Both the position numbers and the translations under genes were made by a program. The notes under the pieces are model-generated. The model saw only the letters and a program-made list of their open reading frames with translations, ran no database searches and was not told the origin of the DNA. Positions 11,101-22,266 of a stretch of DNA of 22,425 nt are shown here, in pieces (the first letter of the stretch is position 1; the number at the start of each line of letters is the position of its first letter). The stretch is from Rotaria socialis (taxonomy: Eukaryota): the NCBI GenBank assembly GCA_905331485.1, contig CAJNYT010002283.1:9576-32000 (forward strand). Direction: 5' to 3'.

Positions 11101-14100
11101 TAATATGGCCAGTAAAGCAATTAATATATTCAATCAAATTAAAGATCCCAATGAAGTTATCGTCAATCTTTTCTTTAATGCTTGTGCACAAATAGGAACA
11201 GAAGAAGCATTAAATTTGATAATAAAAGTATCTTCACATATTCCTCAAGCTTTTCTTTCCGATTCTAATCTTTTATCATCTTTAATTGATGCATTGATGA
11301 AATGTGGTAATACAGTTTATGCTCAATCATTATTTGAAACGTCAACCATGAAAACATTATCTATGTATACTGCAATGATGAAAGGTAACAACTATTCTTA
11401 TGTGTATCAATTCGTCTATTATATATGCATCTTTTTTTTATCAAAGGTTTTATAATAAATAATATGGCTGATAACGCAATTAAACTGTTCGATGATATCA
11501 AGAATCCGAATGAAGTTACTATCAATCTTTTATTTAATGCATGTGCTCAATTGGGAACAGCTAAAGAGTTAAGTTTAGTAAAAAATGTTTCATCGAATAT
11601 GCCGAAAGCTTTTCATCAGAATTCATTTATTCAAACATCTCTAATTGATGCATTAATGAAATGCGGTGATACGCTTGCTGCTCAATCATTATTTGATACA
11701 ATAAAAACTAGAAATTTGTTCATTTATGGAGCTATGATGAAAGGTAATAATCATCTTGGTATTCATTTATTTCTTTAATTAATCGTAATTTTTTACAGGT
11801 TTCATAATAAATAGCATGGCCATTAAAGCAATTAATATATTCAATCAAATTAAAAATCCCGATCGAGTTCTGTATCTTCTTTTCTTTAATGCTTGTGCGC
11901 AACTAGGAACAGAAGAAGCATTAAACTTGACAAAAAAAGTGTCTTCAAATATTCCTCAAGTTTTTCTTTCGGATTCTAATCTTTTATCATCTTTACTTGA
12001 TGCATTGATGAAATGTGGTAATACAATTTATGCTCAATCATTATTTGAAAGATCAAAAATTCATACATTATCTGTATATAGTGTTATGATGAAAGGTAAC
12101 ACTAATTACCATTTAACAATAATATTTTTAATGAAACATGTGTTTTGCTTGTTCAGGCTTTATAATAAACGATATGGCACCTAAAGCAATTGATATTTTT
12201 AATAATATTCATAAAGATGAATTTCAAAGAGAAAATAATCAAGACAAAATATTGAATTTATCTAATAAAATGAAAAATGAATTTTCTCGATCAGATATAA
12301 CTATTTACCTTTGCTTGATCAAAGCATTAGCTGATATAGGCATTTTTTCAATATCCCAATCGATGGTTCAACAAATTCCAAGTTCCTATCTTAGCGATTA
12401 TCGAATTCAAAATTCATTGATCAGTATGTGGGTACGTTTCAAATAGAATTATTTTCTTCACTTTTGTTCTAAAATAAAACTTAGGGGAAAACTGGTTCCA
12501 TGGATGAAGCGGAACGAATTTTTAAAACTGTATCTCAACTGGATCATATTGGATATACAGCCATGAGTCTGTTTTACTGATTCAAAAAGAAAATAGATAT
12601 CAAATCATTTGTTCTTGCTTAATTAGTTAATTCTTATGGCTTGAATGGAATGAGTATGCAAGCGGTGGAACTCTTTCGTAAAATGCCAAAAGAATTCATC
12701 GATGAATCGGCTTATGTTTGCGTTCTGAACGCTTGTTCGCATTCCGGACTCGTTGCTATAGCTCGTTCAATTTTCAATAATATTTCAATCAAAACCGATA
12801 TTATCTATACAACTATGGTATGTCAAAAATTATGTTTTATTTTAGCTGACTTTAACAATTGATCGATCTATGTTTGACTAGATTGATTGTCTTAGTCGTG
12901 CTGCTGTATTTGACGAAGCGCAGCAATTGATTGATCAATTCGAACGTGATCATATGCCTGTATGGTCGATGTACAGTTAGTATCCATCGCAAAAGTAGAA
13001 TATTTGATAGAAATCTCGATCTGGCTTTTTATCTGATTCAATTTTTGACAGTTATGACGTATAATTTTACTTTTTTTTGACGAATTATTCAATCGAATAA
13101 ATTCGATTTTTATCTAATTAAAAATAATTGTCCAATTATAGAAAAGAAATGTCAGGCCGATATTTAAATGAAATAAAATTTAATTAAAATATGACAAAAA
13201 TGAAATGATAGACAAGAAACTATTGATTCGGTAGAAGATTTATATTTAATCATTAGAATACTCTACTATATATCTTTGTTTTCTAATCGGAATCAATTAA
13301 GGCTTCGAAATATTTAACAATTTTACTTTTTCGTCAGCGGAAAAACAAATTTCTGTTTTAATAGCTAAAATCACAGAACTACACTATCATGTGCAAACAT
13401 TCAACGACTCAATATCTTTAGTTCTCGAAGAATTCTATAATATTTTCTCTATACGAGAAGATAATTTTATATAATCAAATAAAGTTTTGATTATTTGATC
13501 TAACCTTTCTAAGGTCTAACCTTTTCAAAATAGCTATATGCTATTCGTGCCTCTACAATGAAATGAAGTTTTACTTCAAATTGATTAATAGAAATAAAAA
13601 TTTGATTTGAAATCATATCGAATTTATTTCTTAGAAACTCTTTTGTGACAATGTTAAATAAATTTTTTGAAGGTAAAATCTACAGAAAATTTTTCAACTA
13701 CAAATCTAACATGTTATAAGCCGATAGAAGTTCGTTTTTATGAATTGTTTGCCCTATTTACATTGGTTAGAAGGAAAAAATAGGCGAAAAACTAAATTAT
13801 TCTATTTCGCTCAAATATGAGATTTGTCTCTGATAAACTTAAAGGAAAAACTAATTTATTTTAATTTTAGTGGCATTGCTGTCAGGTGCGCGTAATGAAA
13901 AAAATGCTAATTTATCACAGAACATTTTCGATCGTATGAAAAAGCATTTTCCTGAATTAAAAAGTTCATTGGTGTCAGCCTCAATTCTTCTTTCTAATGT
14001 TTATGCATCAACAGGCGATCATGAAAAGGCATCAAACATTAGAATGGAATTAGAAAAATCGGGTGCAAAGAAAAAAGTCGGTTTATCAATAACTGAAATT

Positions 14101-14603
14101 GACGGGAAAATCTTGGTAATCTAATGTAGTTTTCTAATTCACATCTTGGAATTTGTCTTGATTTAATTTCTTAGCAATTTCGTGCTCATGATCAATCTCA
14201 TCCTCGATCAGCTGATATTTACATTGAAGCTGATCGAATATCACAAGAACTTATTGAATATGGTCATAAGTATGATTCAAGTTGGATTACACGACCGTTG
14301 CAACCTGATGAAACAATTGAATCAGTTCTTTGCGGGCATAGTGAAAGGTTGGCTATTGCAGCTCATTTTATCGATAATCGAAAACCAAAAATAATTCAAA
14401 TCACGAAAAATCTTCGTGTTTGTGGTGATTGTCGTGAGTTAATCACTTTTATTTTTCATTCTCTTATTTTTCTCTTATTTTGTTTAGATCGAGTGACAAA
14501 AATAATTGCTGCTCTTCGTCAATGTGAAATTGTTGTTCGTGATGCAAACCGTATTCACCACTTCTATACAAATGGACAATGCTCATGCAATGATTATTTT
14601 TAA
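8123..14603 (+). CDS. Pentatricopeptide repeat protein, PLS-E1-E2-DYW class (predicted organelle RNA C-to-U editing factor-like)
   Basis: Proposed join(8123..8348,10601..10687,10736..11032,11088..11384,11447..11743,11799..12095,12157..12431,12485..12566,12627..12817,12882..12975,13871..14115,14175..14433,14488..14603). All introns are GT-AG, total 2763 nt (920 aa). Repeats include GFIINNMADNAIKLFDDIKNPNEVTINLLFNACAQLGTAKEL...FIQTSLIDALMKCGDTLAAQSLFDTIKTRNLFIYGAMMK. E-domain-like: VGLSITEIDGKILQFRAHDQSHPRS. DYW domain: CGHSERLAIAAHF...[47 protein letters not shown]. The 5' start and first exon boundary are uncertain. Confidence 0.85.
9433..9440 (+). promoter_or_regulatory. TATA-box-like sequence (TATAAAAG) downstream of a locally GC-rich CGCGCCCCGGAG block; position approximate
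   Basis: AAGTGTAACTATAAAAGGAGAAGG, followed by AATAAA about 100 bp downstream (around 9541). Confidence 0.3.
9776..10236. mobile_element. Non-autonomous hAT-type DNA transposon (MITE, 461 bp) with 8-bp TSD GTCTATAC
   Basis: TSD GTCTATAC at 9768-9775 and 10237-10244. 17-bp TIR CAGAGCTCCG(C/T)GGGACG at both ends in inverted orientation, starting CAGAG as typical for hAT. Subterminal GGGACGGGA/GTCCCG repeats are present, and no transposase ORF is seen. Confidence 0.93.
10736..12095 (+). repeat. Tandem array of four exon-intron modules, each exon exactly 297 nt, forming a duplicated two-module (~711-bp) unit
   Basis: Exons 10736-11032, 11088-11384, 11447-11743 and 11799-12095 are each 297 nt, with identical splice phase after MMK-G. 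Modules 1 and 3 share near-identical exons and the same intron sequence (GGTAA[C/T]AATCATCTT[C/G]GTATTCATTTATTTCTTTAATTAATCGTAATTTTTTACAG). Modules 2 and 4 are likewise similar. Confidence 0.93.
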
Positions 14604-15130
14604 AACTGAAAAAAGACGCTTCCTTTTTTTTGTTATGCCATAATAAAGAAAATATTATTTATTTACTGTTCAAATGTATATTGAAAACTGGACTACGAGT
14701 AGTGTGCTTGTCTCTTATGCATGCGGATAATTTTATATTGTGGGTGTGAGTCGATCTTAATTTCAATGATTATCGTAGAATGCCCGAGAAACGCAAGAAT
14801 TTGTGCATTTCATTTAATTGAAAATGACCAGGCAGCTGGAACATGATGGCACGTAGAAAATAGATAATATATTGAAATATACAAATAAGGACCGCTTTCA
14901 AGCGACCTCGTTACATGAATTACAAGTCAAATCGGGCAATAATTAGGATTTTCAAATCGAAGTTTTTCTTCTAACAAACAAAGAAAAAGTGCTTATCCCG
15001 TTTTATTATCATCTTATAATGAAAGAGAAAATATCTAATGAAATTCATTTTCCATGATTTACCAATTACTGTTATCAGTGCATACCGTTTTTGTCCGCTC
15101 TTTGTACTAAAGTAAAACAATATCTAAAAG

Positions 15131-16465
15131 ATGAGCACGTCTGATAGTGTATATGATATTATAATCATTGGTTGTGGTCCAGCTGGTATAGCCGCTGGAT
15201 TAGAACTTCAAAAGTATTCATCAATTCCGAATTTTTCAATTCTTGAAGCTCGCGATCGTGTTGGTGGTCGAGCGTATACGGATACACACACTTTTAATAG
15301 TAGCGAACCTATTGATTTAGGTGCCCGTTGGATTCATCATTATCGGCCAGAAAATCCTCTTGCTGTACACCATACTCCTTCTGATAAAGATCAATTCTTT
15401 CATCATTTTTTTCATGGTTCCAACACTGCTTTTTATGATATTGATGGATCATTACTATCTGAAACTTTACTACATGAAGCTGAAAGTTTTGTTGATGATC
15501 TATGTGAAAATATGAAAGAATATTCATTAGACAATGAAGATATTTCTATATTGGATATTATTCGTGATAAATATGAAAAAATTCAAGATGAACAAATGCG
15601 TCGTCTTGTCGAAATGAACCTTGCCTATATTGAACATTATGAAGCATCGAATCTTGATCAACTCTCAGTTAAATCATATTTGAAATCGGATGGAGGCATT
15701 AACACATGTGATCTTACTCTTCCTATTGGATTAGGTACTTTTATGCAACAGATAGTTGAACGAAATCCTCTACCTATTCAATTAAATACTATTGTTACAA
15801 ATATTGATATTCCCAGTGACAAGAACGAACCTATTCGTATAACTACAAAAGATAATCGTCATTATTTAACGAAATATGTTCTGATTACAATTCCACTTGG
15901 TTGTTTAAAAGCAAATTCAATTCAATTTACTCCACCATTACCCGATTGGAAACAAAATGCTATTGATCAAATGGGTTTAGGATTGTTGAATAAAATTTTT
16001 ATTCAATATCCATCGACGTTTTGGGATGAGAAATTAGATGATCTTTTTATTGCTTCAAATAGCTTTCGATTTTTTGTTTGTCATCCACATGATCATATAC
16101 TTGTTGCATTCGTTTGTGGTCGTTTTGCACGTAAATTAGAACAACAAACAGATGAAGAAATCGTTGAAGAAATCATTCAATGTTTAAAACCCATCTATCC
16201 ACAAATACCAAAACCAATAAAATGGTTAGTTACTCGATGGAGTTGTGATCCATTTGCCTATGGCTCATATTCAAATTTCAAAGTTGGTACTACACATGAA
16301 ACTTCACGAGAATTAGCAAAAGAATGTTATGATAATCGAATATATTGGGCAGGTGAACATACAAACTATGGTGGAACTATTGGATGTGTCGATAGTGCTT
16401 TTGAGAGTGGTCAAAGTGAAGCAAAGCGTATTTATAATAAATTAAATATATTGTTACGAGACTGA
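15131..16465 (+). CDS. Flavin-containing amine oxidase (polyamine oxidase-like)
   Basis: Intact 444-aa ORF with N-terminal dinucleotide-binding motif DIIIIGCGPAGIAAGLELQ...ILEARDRVGGRAYTD, internal LGLLNKIFIQYPSTFW, and C-terminal FAD-binding region RIYWAGEHTNYGGTIGCVDSAFESGQSEAKRI. Confidence 0.93.
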   Translation: MSTSDSVYDIIIIGCGPAGIAAGLELQKYSSIPNFSILEARDRVGGRAYTDTHTFNSSEPIDLGARWIHHYRPENPLAVHHTPSDKDQFFHHFFHGSNTAFYDIDGSLLSETLLHEAESFVDDLCENMKEYSLDNEDISILDIIRDKYEKIQDEQMRRLVEMNLAYIEHYEASNLDQLSVKSYLKSDGGINTCDLTLPIGLGTFMQQIVERNPLPIQLNTIVTNIDIPSDKNEPIRITTKDNRHYLTKYVLITIPLGCLKANSIQFTPPLPDWKQNAIDQMGLGLLNKIFIQYPSTFWDEKLDDLFIASNSFRFFVCHPHDHILVAFVCGRFARKLEQQTDEEIVEEIIQCLKPIYPQIPKPIKWLVTRWSCDPFAYGSYSNFKVGTTHETSRELAKECYDNRIYWAGEHTNYGGTIGCVDSAFESGQSEAKRIYNKLNILLRD

Positions 16466-16911
16466 ACTAGTTTTACTATTGTTATTTTCTTTTTATAAAT
16501 AAATATTGAGGCGAAGAGACATATTAAAGTGGATAGTTTGTTATTTACTCTTAAAATAGAGAAATCTCAATAATGACTACATGCACCATCGTATAGATGT
16601 CGCTACGCTCTTTTACTATAAAACAAAGAGAAAATATTTTTCTATAATTTTTTTCATAAAAATATACTTATAAAAAATAATAAAAAATAATTTCAATTAT
16701 CAAATTCAATAAGGCGTCCATAGCCATTTGATTATGGTTGTTAAATCAACAACAAACAATAATAACAACAACAGTAATACTCATAGAGAGCAAAGAAAGA
16801 AAACAAACAACAATAATTAAGATAAATTCATTTTTTAGATTTTGTTTTTCAATTAATTCACATCCATATGATCATTAAAATCTATCATAGTTCGTTTTTC
16901 GAACTCGTATT

Positions 16912-19900
16912 ATGACGACAACAGCAGAAACATATCTTTCAACACAAACATCATTTACAAATGAAACAAATACTACAACTACTGCTACTACTACAAATAA
17001 TGAAGATCAATCATCGTCAGCGATTGCTGCTAATGTGACAATTGATGAACTCGTTCAATCATGTTGTACTGAACTATTACCATCATCTAGTCAATTGAAT
17101 AGTAGTAGTAGTGCTTCACCAACACATCTCGTACGATTTGTTCATTCACAATCATCACTTGTTAGTCAGATAGATGAACAACAACGTCCATCTGAACAAG
17201 GTACTACAAACTCTTCTTCGTCTAGTCATGATGCACCTGTTAAACAACAGCAACAACAACAACCACCACTAATTAATGTAACGCGTTTACCTTCACCATT
17301 TAAACCAAAAACAATCATTGAATCAACAAATTCAATGCAAAATACAACTAATTTAAGTAATATAACAGCAAATAATATTAGTGTGAATAATTATAACGTT
17401 AATATTCATACGACTAATGTTCAACAACAACCAACGAATATATTAAATAATGAACTCGTAACAAAAAAATGCCAATTCGATGAAAAACAAACAACAGAAA
17501 TTGTTTCGCAAATATTAAAAAATATCAAAGAAGTTGATGAACATCAAGCGAATGCAACAACAACAACAACAAATTATAATATCCACATTGATTCATTTAA
17601 TTTTAGTTCAACAAATCAACAACAACAACATCATTCAACAATTATTAAAAAATCACGTGTTAAAAAAGAAGCAACAGCATTAACCAGAATTATTCTCAAA
17701 GACGAAACACTGTCGCGGAGTAAAAAACCAACAAAAAATTTATCGACGCCAAATTTCAATTTAACTAATAATTCACAACCTATGGAATTCCTTCCTGTAC
17801 CTTATGGATGGCAACGAAGAATATTAGCACCAGATGTTGTTGTTTATCTTACGTAGGATATCCGCGTTTTCGTTTCTAATCATCATTCAAACATCCGTTT
17901 GTTCTTTTTTTAGTCCAACTAATGTTATACTCGATTCATTAGATGCTATACGTCAATATCTAGAAATGCCGACATCATGCAAATGTGGTCTTCAATGTCC
18001 GCTTATTGTTGATAAGGTTCGTTCGCTAAAGACTTTCGATATCCTTATGAAAAGGAATGCCGAGATCTTTTTTCTTTGTTTAAAATATACGTTATTGTAT
18101 GTCGGCATTTTATTTTTCTGAAATAGGTTTTCAATTTTGATTCGACGATAAAATCGAAATCTTGGGAAGTAACACAAGTACTGGAAGGTACTCATTGTCG
18201 ACAAAAATCGAACATTTTAGAAATGGCAACATTAACAAATTGTATTGATTCATTTTGTGAAACAGAACAAAAACCTGGTAAATATTTTTGTTTGCGTCTT
18301 ATTAAGATTTCATAATGTTTTTTTTTCTCTATTATCCTAAATAGTTAAACGTCGAAAACGAACACATGCTGAAACAGCAAATGGAAACGTATTTGTTTGT
18401 GCATCGAATTCATCAAATATTCTACAAGCAAATAATGAATCAGCCGTTTTTGTTAATAGTACAAATCAAGCAATCGAAGGTGGCCAATCGATGACATGGA
18501 CCCCATTGCAACAAAGTGGTGTTACTCCGCCGTCGAAACGGCCGCGTGGTCGTCCTCGTAAAACAGCCGTTACTCCGCCTGCCATTGCTCAATTGGCGGT
18601 CAAACCATCTCATGATAATCATCAGCCAGTTCCATCGTCGCTTCTTTCTCCTCCGGCATCCGTCTCATCGACATCGCAAACGAATCTAGTGCATAGAAAT
18701 TCAACATCACCATCGACTCATCATCAAAATAATAATAATAATAATAATAATAATCATCTTCGTTACATAAATGACAACGTTCTAACACCGTCGTCAACCA
18801 CCGATACAAATGTGATCGCTCGAGTTCCATCTCTATTTGAACAAGTTAAAACAACAACCAATGAATCAACATTTGCTGTTCTATCTGGTGTACAAAATGT
18901 TCTTCTTTCACCGAATAGAGACACGAACAACAACAACAATAATAATAATAAACGCGTACATATTGAATCTGCATCATCTGTTGTATCAGCAACTGGCAAA
19001 CCAGTGACATTAAATGTTAATGCGCTTAAACCGGATTTTGTTCGGTCGCCAGCTGCTGCTCAAAAGCCTTGTTCGACAACTCCCAATCAAATTGATGTGA
19101 TCTCTCTAATGGGTGCAAACAACAGTCAAACACAATTAATGGTAACGAAAACAACATCAAAACCAATTGCACCTGTACCATCAACAACGACCAATTCGGA
19201 TGAATATACCCTAGTAAAATCTTCCAGCGAACAAACTAATGATGCGTCACAACCATTGATGATTGATTTTAATGATCCATCAACAACAAATTTTCTTTTA
19301 TCGGCGCTTGCATCCGGAGCGTCATCGGATTCGAATGCAATTGTCAATCATCTTTTTCAAAAAGCCCAAACGCAACAACAACGCGGTAGTACACCGCCGC
19401 CGCCACCACCACCATCATCGCCGGCAACCATAAAGAAAAAACCTCCTAGTATTTCGTCTGGATTAAAAAATTGTACAGAAACAACTAATTTATTACCGAT
19501 TACGAATTCAACTAATCGTCAGCCTGTTGTACTTCATGTACCAGCAACAACAATTACAAATGATTATAATCAACAATCACAACAAATTATTTTTAGTAGT
19601 AGTAGCAATAATAATAATGGCGAAAGAAAGCAGCCCCAACAAATATTTTTTATTAACAATAAACCATATGTTATTCAACAGAAACTTACACATGATCAAT
19701 CATCTCAGCAAAGATTGGTTCTAACACCATCGATATCTCAATCAGATGGTTTGTCAAAAAAAGTTTACTTTCAACTAAAGTTAATTTATTTAAGAGGAAC
19801 TAAGGAAAGCAAAATTCTGTCAATCTTAATATTCAAGCACTTGCGATTTTCATGAATGAAATAGATTTGTCAATGTTGAATATACTACACAGATATGAGA

Positions 19901-20909
19901 GCTTCTCTAAACAAAACAATTCTATGATTGATAGGAATAGCGTTTAAGTCAAGATCTTCTATATCTAAAAAAAATAGTTCTAACAATAGTATTGTGACAG
20001 GGGAAAAGCAAACTAAGGAGAGTGCGAAGCTTTGAGGAAAATATTAAAAAAAATAAGATAGATGGTTCCCATGAGGATCCATTGTCGCTGGTAGAATATT
20101 ATAAAGGCCATATTTTACTCTAGAAAATATGATTAGCGTCTGATTTTGAATTGGTTTATTTATACGCTTTTTTATTTTTAGCAGAACATACTGTTCATAA
20201 TACACCTCATACGAATCGAACTATTGCTCCTGCTCAACAAAATAGTACTCACCCAAGTGGCCAATCAACCTTAGATGATGGTGGCAATTGTCTAGTAGTA
20301 AACGGCGTTGTTGAGCCTCGAACATTGAGTAGCTTACTTAAAGGACTTAATCCATCGTCGTTTTCTGGCGTTGATAATCTTATCGATACGATACATCGTT
20401 TTGAACACACAACACCGACGGAACAAAACGATAATTTATCACTTAAACCTTCTCGACCACTTGCAAAATCTAGTCCAGCAAGGAAAACAAATCCAGATAA
20501 ACCACCGCCAAGACGTCGAGCACCTAAAAAACTCAAACAAGAACAACAACCAACATCAGTAACTATGCCACCCCCTCCTCCTCCTCCTCCTCCTCCCCTT
20601 GTTTCACAGCCATCATCGGTTCCACCACCACCTATACAACCAATTGTTGCTGATCAACAACAATGGCAAACCGATTTTAATTCCTTTGATTTTACAACAG
20701 CATGGGGTAGTGATACAAATTTAAATTCTCTTTTATTAAACGATGATTTCGATACGGCCGCATCATTTGATGATGTTAACTTTGGAGACTTTGAACCATA
20801 TATGAATGGAAATAATAATCCAAATGCAACTGATTCAATATTGCCTTCGTTATTTGGCAAGCCATTACCGCCAGATACATTGCCAGGTGTTGATCATCTT
20901 TTACCTTGA
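16912..20909 (+). CDS. MBD5/MBD6-family methyl-CpG-binding-domain-like protein with AT-hook; join(16912..17852,17914..18016,18127..18277,18345..19748,20182..20909)
   Basis: The spliced MBD-like region reads VPYGWQRRILAPDVVVYLTPTNVILDSLDAIRQYLEMPTSCKCGLQCPLIVDKVFNFDSTIKSKSWEV..., matching the MBD5/6 pattern (GWQRKV...YxSPSGxxLxCLxQVKTYL...CKCGLECPLxxxKVFNFD). AT-hook KRPRGRPRK at 18536-18562. All introns are GT-AG. Total 3327 nt, 1108 aa. Q/N/S/P-rich linkers and a poly-P tract are present. Confidence 0.85.
17785..18250 (+). other. MBD-like domain split across exons 1-3 (approximate bounds)
   Basis: Residues PVPYGWQRR through CKCGLQCPLIVDKVFNFD and NILEMATLTNC are encoded on the three exons. 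Confidence 0.8.
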
Positions 20910-21009
20910 AACGAGAAAGTTAATTTTCCTGTTTTTCATTTCTTTCTGTTCGCGTCTCTGTTTTTCTCTTCTCGCATATTGTGATATTTGTCTACATTGT
21001 AAAAAAAAT

Positions 21010-21060
21010 AGCACGCACGCGCACACACACACGTACGTATATATATAGATGGGTGATACT
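21010..21060 (+). repeat. CA/TA microsatellite-like tract in the probable 3' UTR of the MBD5/6-like gene
   Basis: AGCACGCACGCGCACACACACACGTACGTATATATATAGATG. Confidence 0.7.
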
Positions 21061-22266
21061 CAAACATGTATTGGTCATCTCAGGCTGCTGCTGCATTTTT
21101 TTTTCGGTCTTAAATATGTACATGTAGTTGTGTAGTTTAATTCTGTTTTTTCCTCTGTTGATCTGAAGAAGAAAAAAAAAGTTTTTTTTTTCTATATATG
21201 CATGCAAGTGTGCAATTCTTATGTACTCATTTCAATCCCACCTTTTTCTCCTTGTTGCCTCTAGTCTCTCTCGGCCTTCTTATTTATATATTTTTTGTTG
21301 TTTGTACAGTGTCGATTTTCTTTTCTTTTTTTGTCTTCTTGCAATATTACACGCGTATATATATATATAAATATAAATATTTATTTGTGCCTTGTCTCCA
21401 CTGTCTAGAATGATATTTTACGTTCCTTAAATTTTTTTTTCTTTATAACCGAATTTGTACAATGTTCATTTATTATTTGTTTGTGTGCCGTGTCGTTCAT
21501 CTTGACTTTCTCTTTCTTTTTGCTTCTTTTTGCCTCTGCTTTCGTTTATCAATCCCACAGACTGAACGACGACAACGACAAAAAATATATTGACTCATTT
21601 CAATGTGCGTGTGTGCGTGTGCATGAGTGTATTTCAATTTAATACAATAATGGACTTTTCACATTTTTGCAAAAAAAACGTTTTTTTGTCTTTTGATTAA
21701 AAATTTGACGAAAAAATTTCTGTTTTTTTAATTGAGAGAAAAAAACTAGGAAACTTAAGTTTTTATTACGGAGGTTATATTCGGTACTATTCAAATATTA
21801 TTTGAATGTTTCCGCTCGAGTGGACACACGATGTGCACGGAAAGCGGATGCGTTGTTTTTCATGAAGAAGTTCATTTTTAGAACTGGGGAGCAGCTCTGG
21901 TTTTTGAAAAATGTTTTTTAAGAACTTTTCTATCGATATTTATATGTTTATATAGAAAGTCTTTCAAGCTGTTGATAATTAATGCTGATTATAATAATAA
22001 ACACACAAGCAATGCATCGTTTTCTGTTGAGGAATGTTGTTGCCATTTTTGTCTTAATTAAATGCGTCTGTTCTAATTAAAATTTAAAAAAATAATGAAT
22101 CATATTTTGTTTGTCGAGAAATGGGGTTGGACTCTTTTCAGTGGTCTCTAATCGTGGTATGTGAATCTTCAGAAGTAACATGAAATTAAAAATCTGCCGA
22201 TATAATAATTGAATAAATAGAAAATTTTGACTTCGCATTTTTATTTTCCTGTTCTCTTAATTCTAG

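Noticed and set aside
15309-15527. Short ORFs overlapping the amine oxidase (15309-15527 minus and 15321-15515 plus)
   Set aside because: They overlap a long ORF with strong family motifs in another frame and are chance ORFs.
18440-19347. Minus-strand ORFs antisense to the MBD5/6-like gene
   Set aside because: Antisense frames are kept open by CAA/AAT/ACA-rich codons of the sense strand. They have no domain-like sequence.
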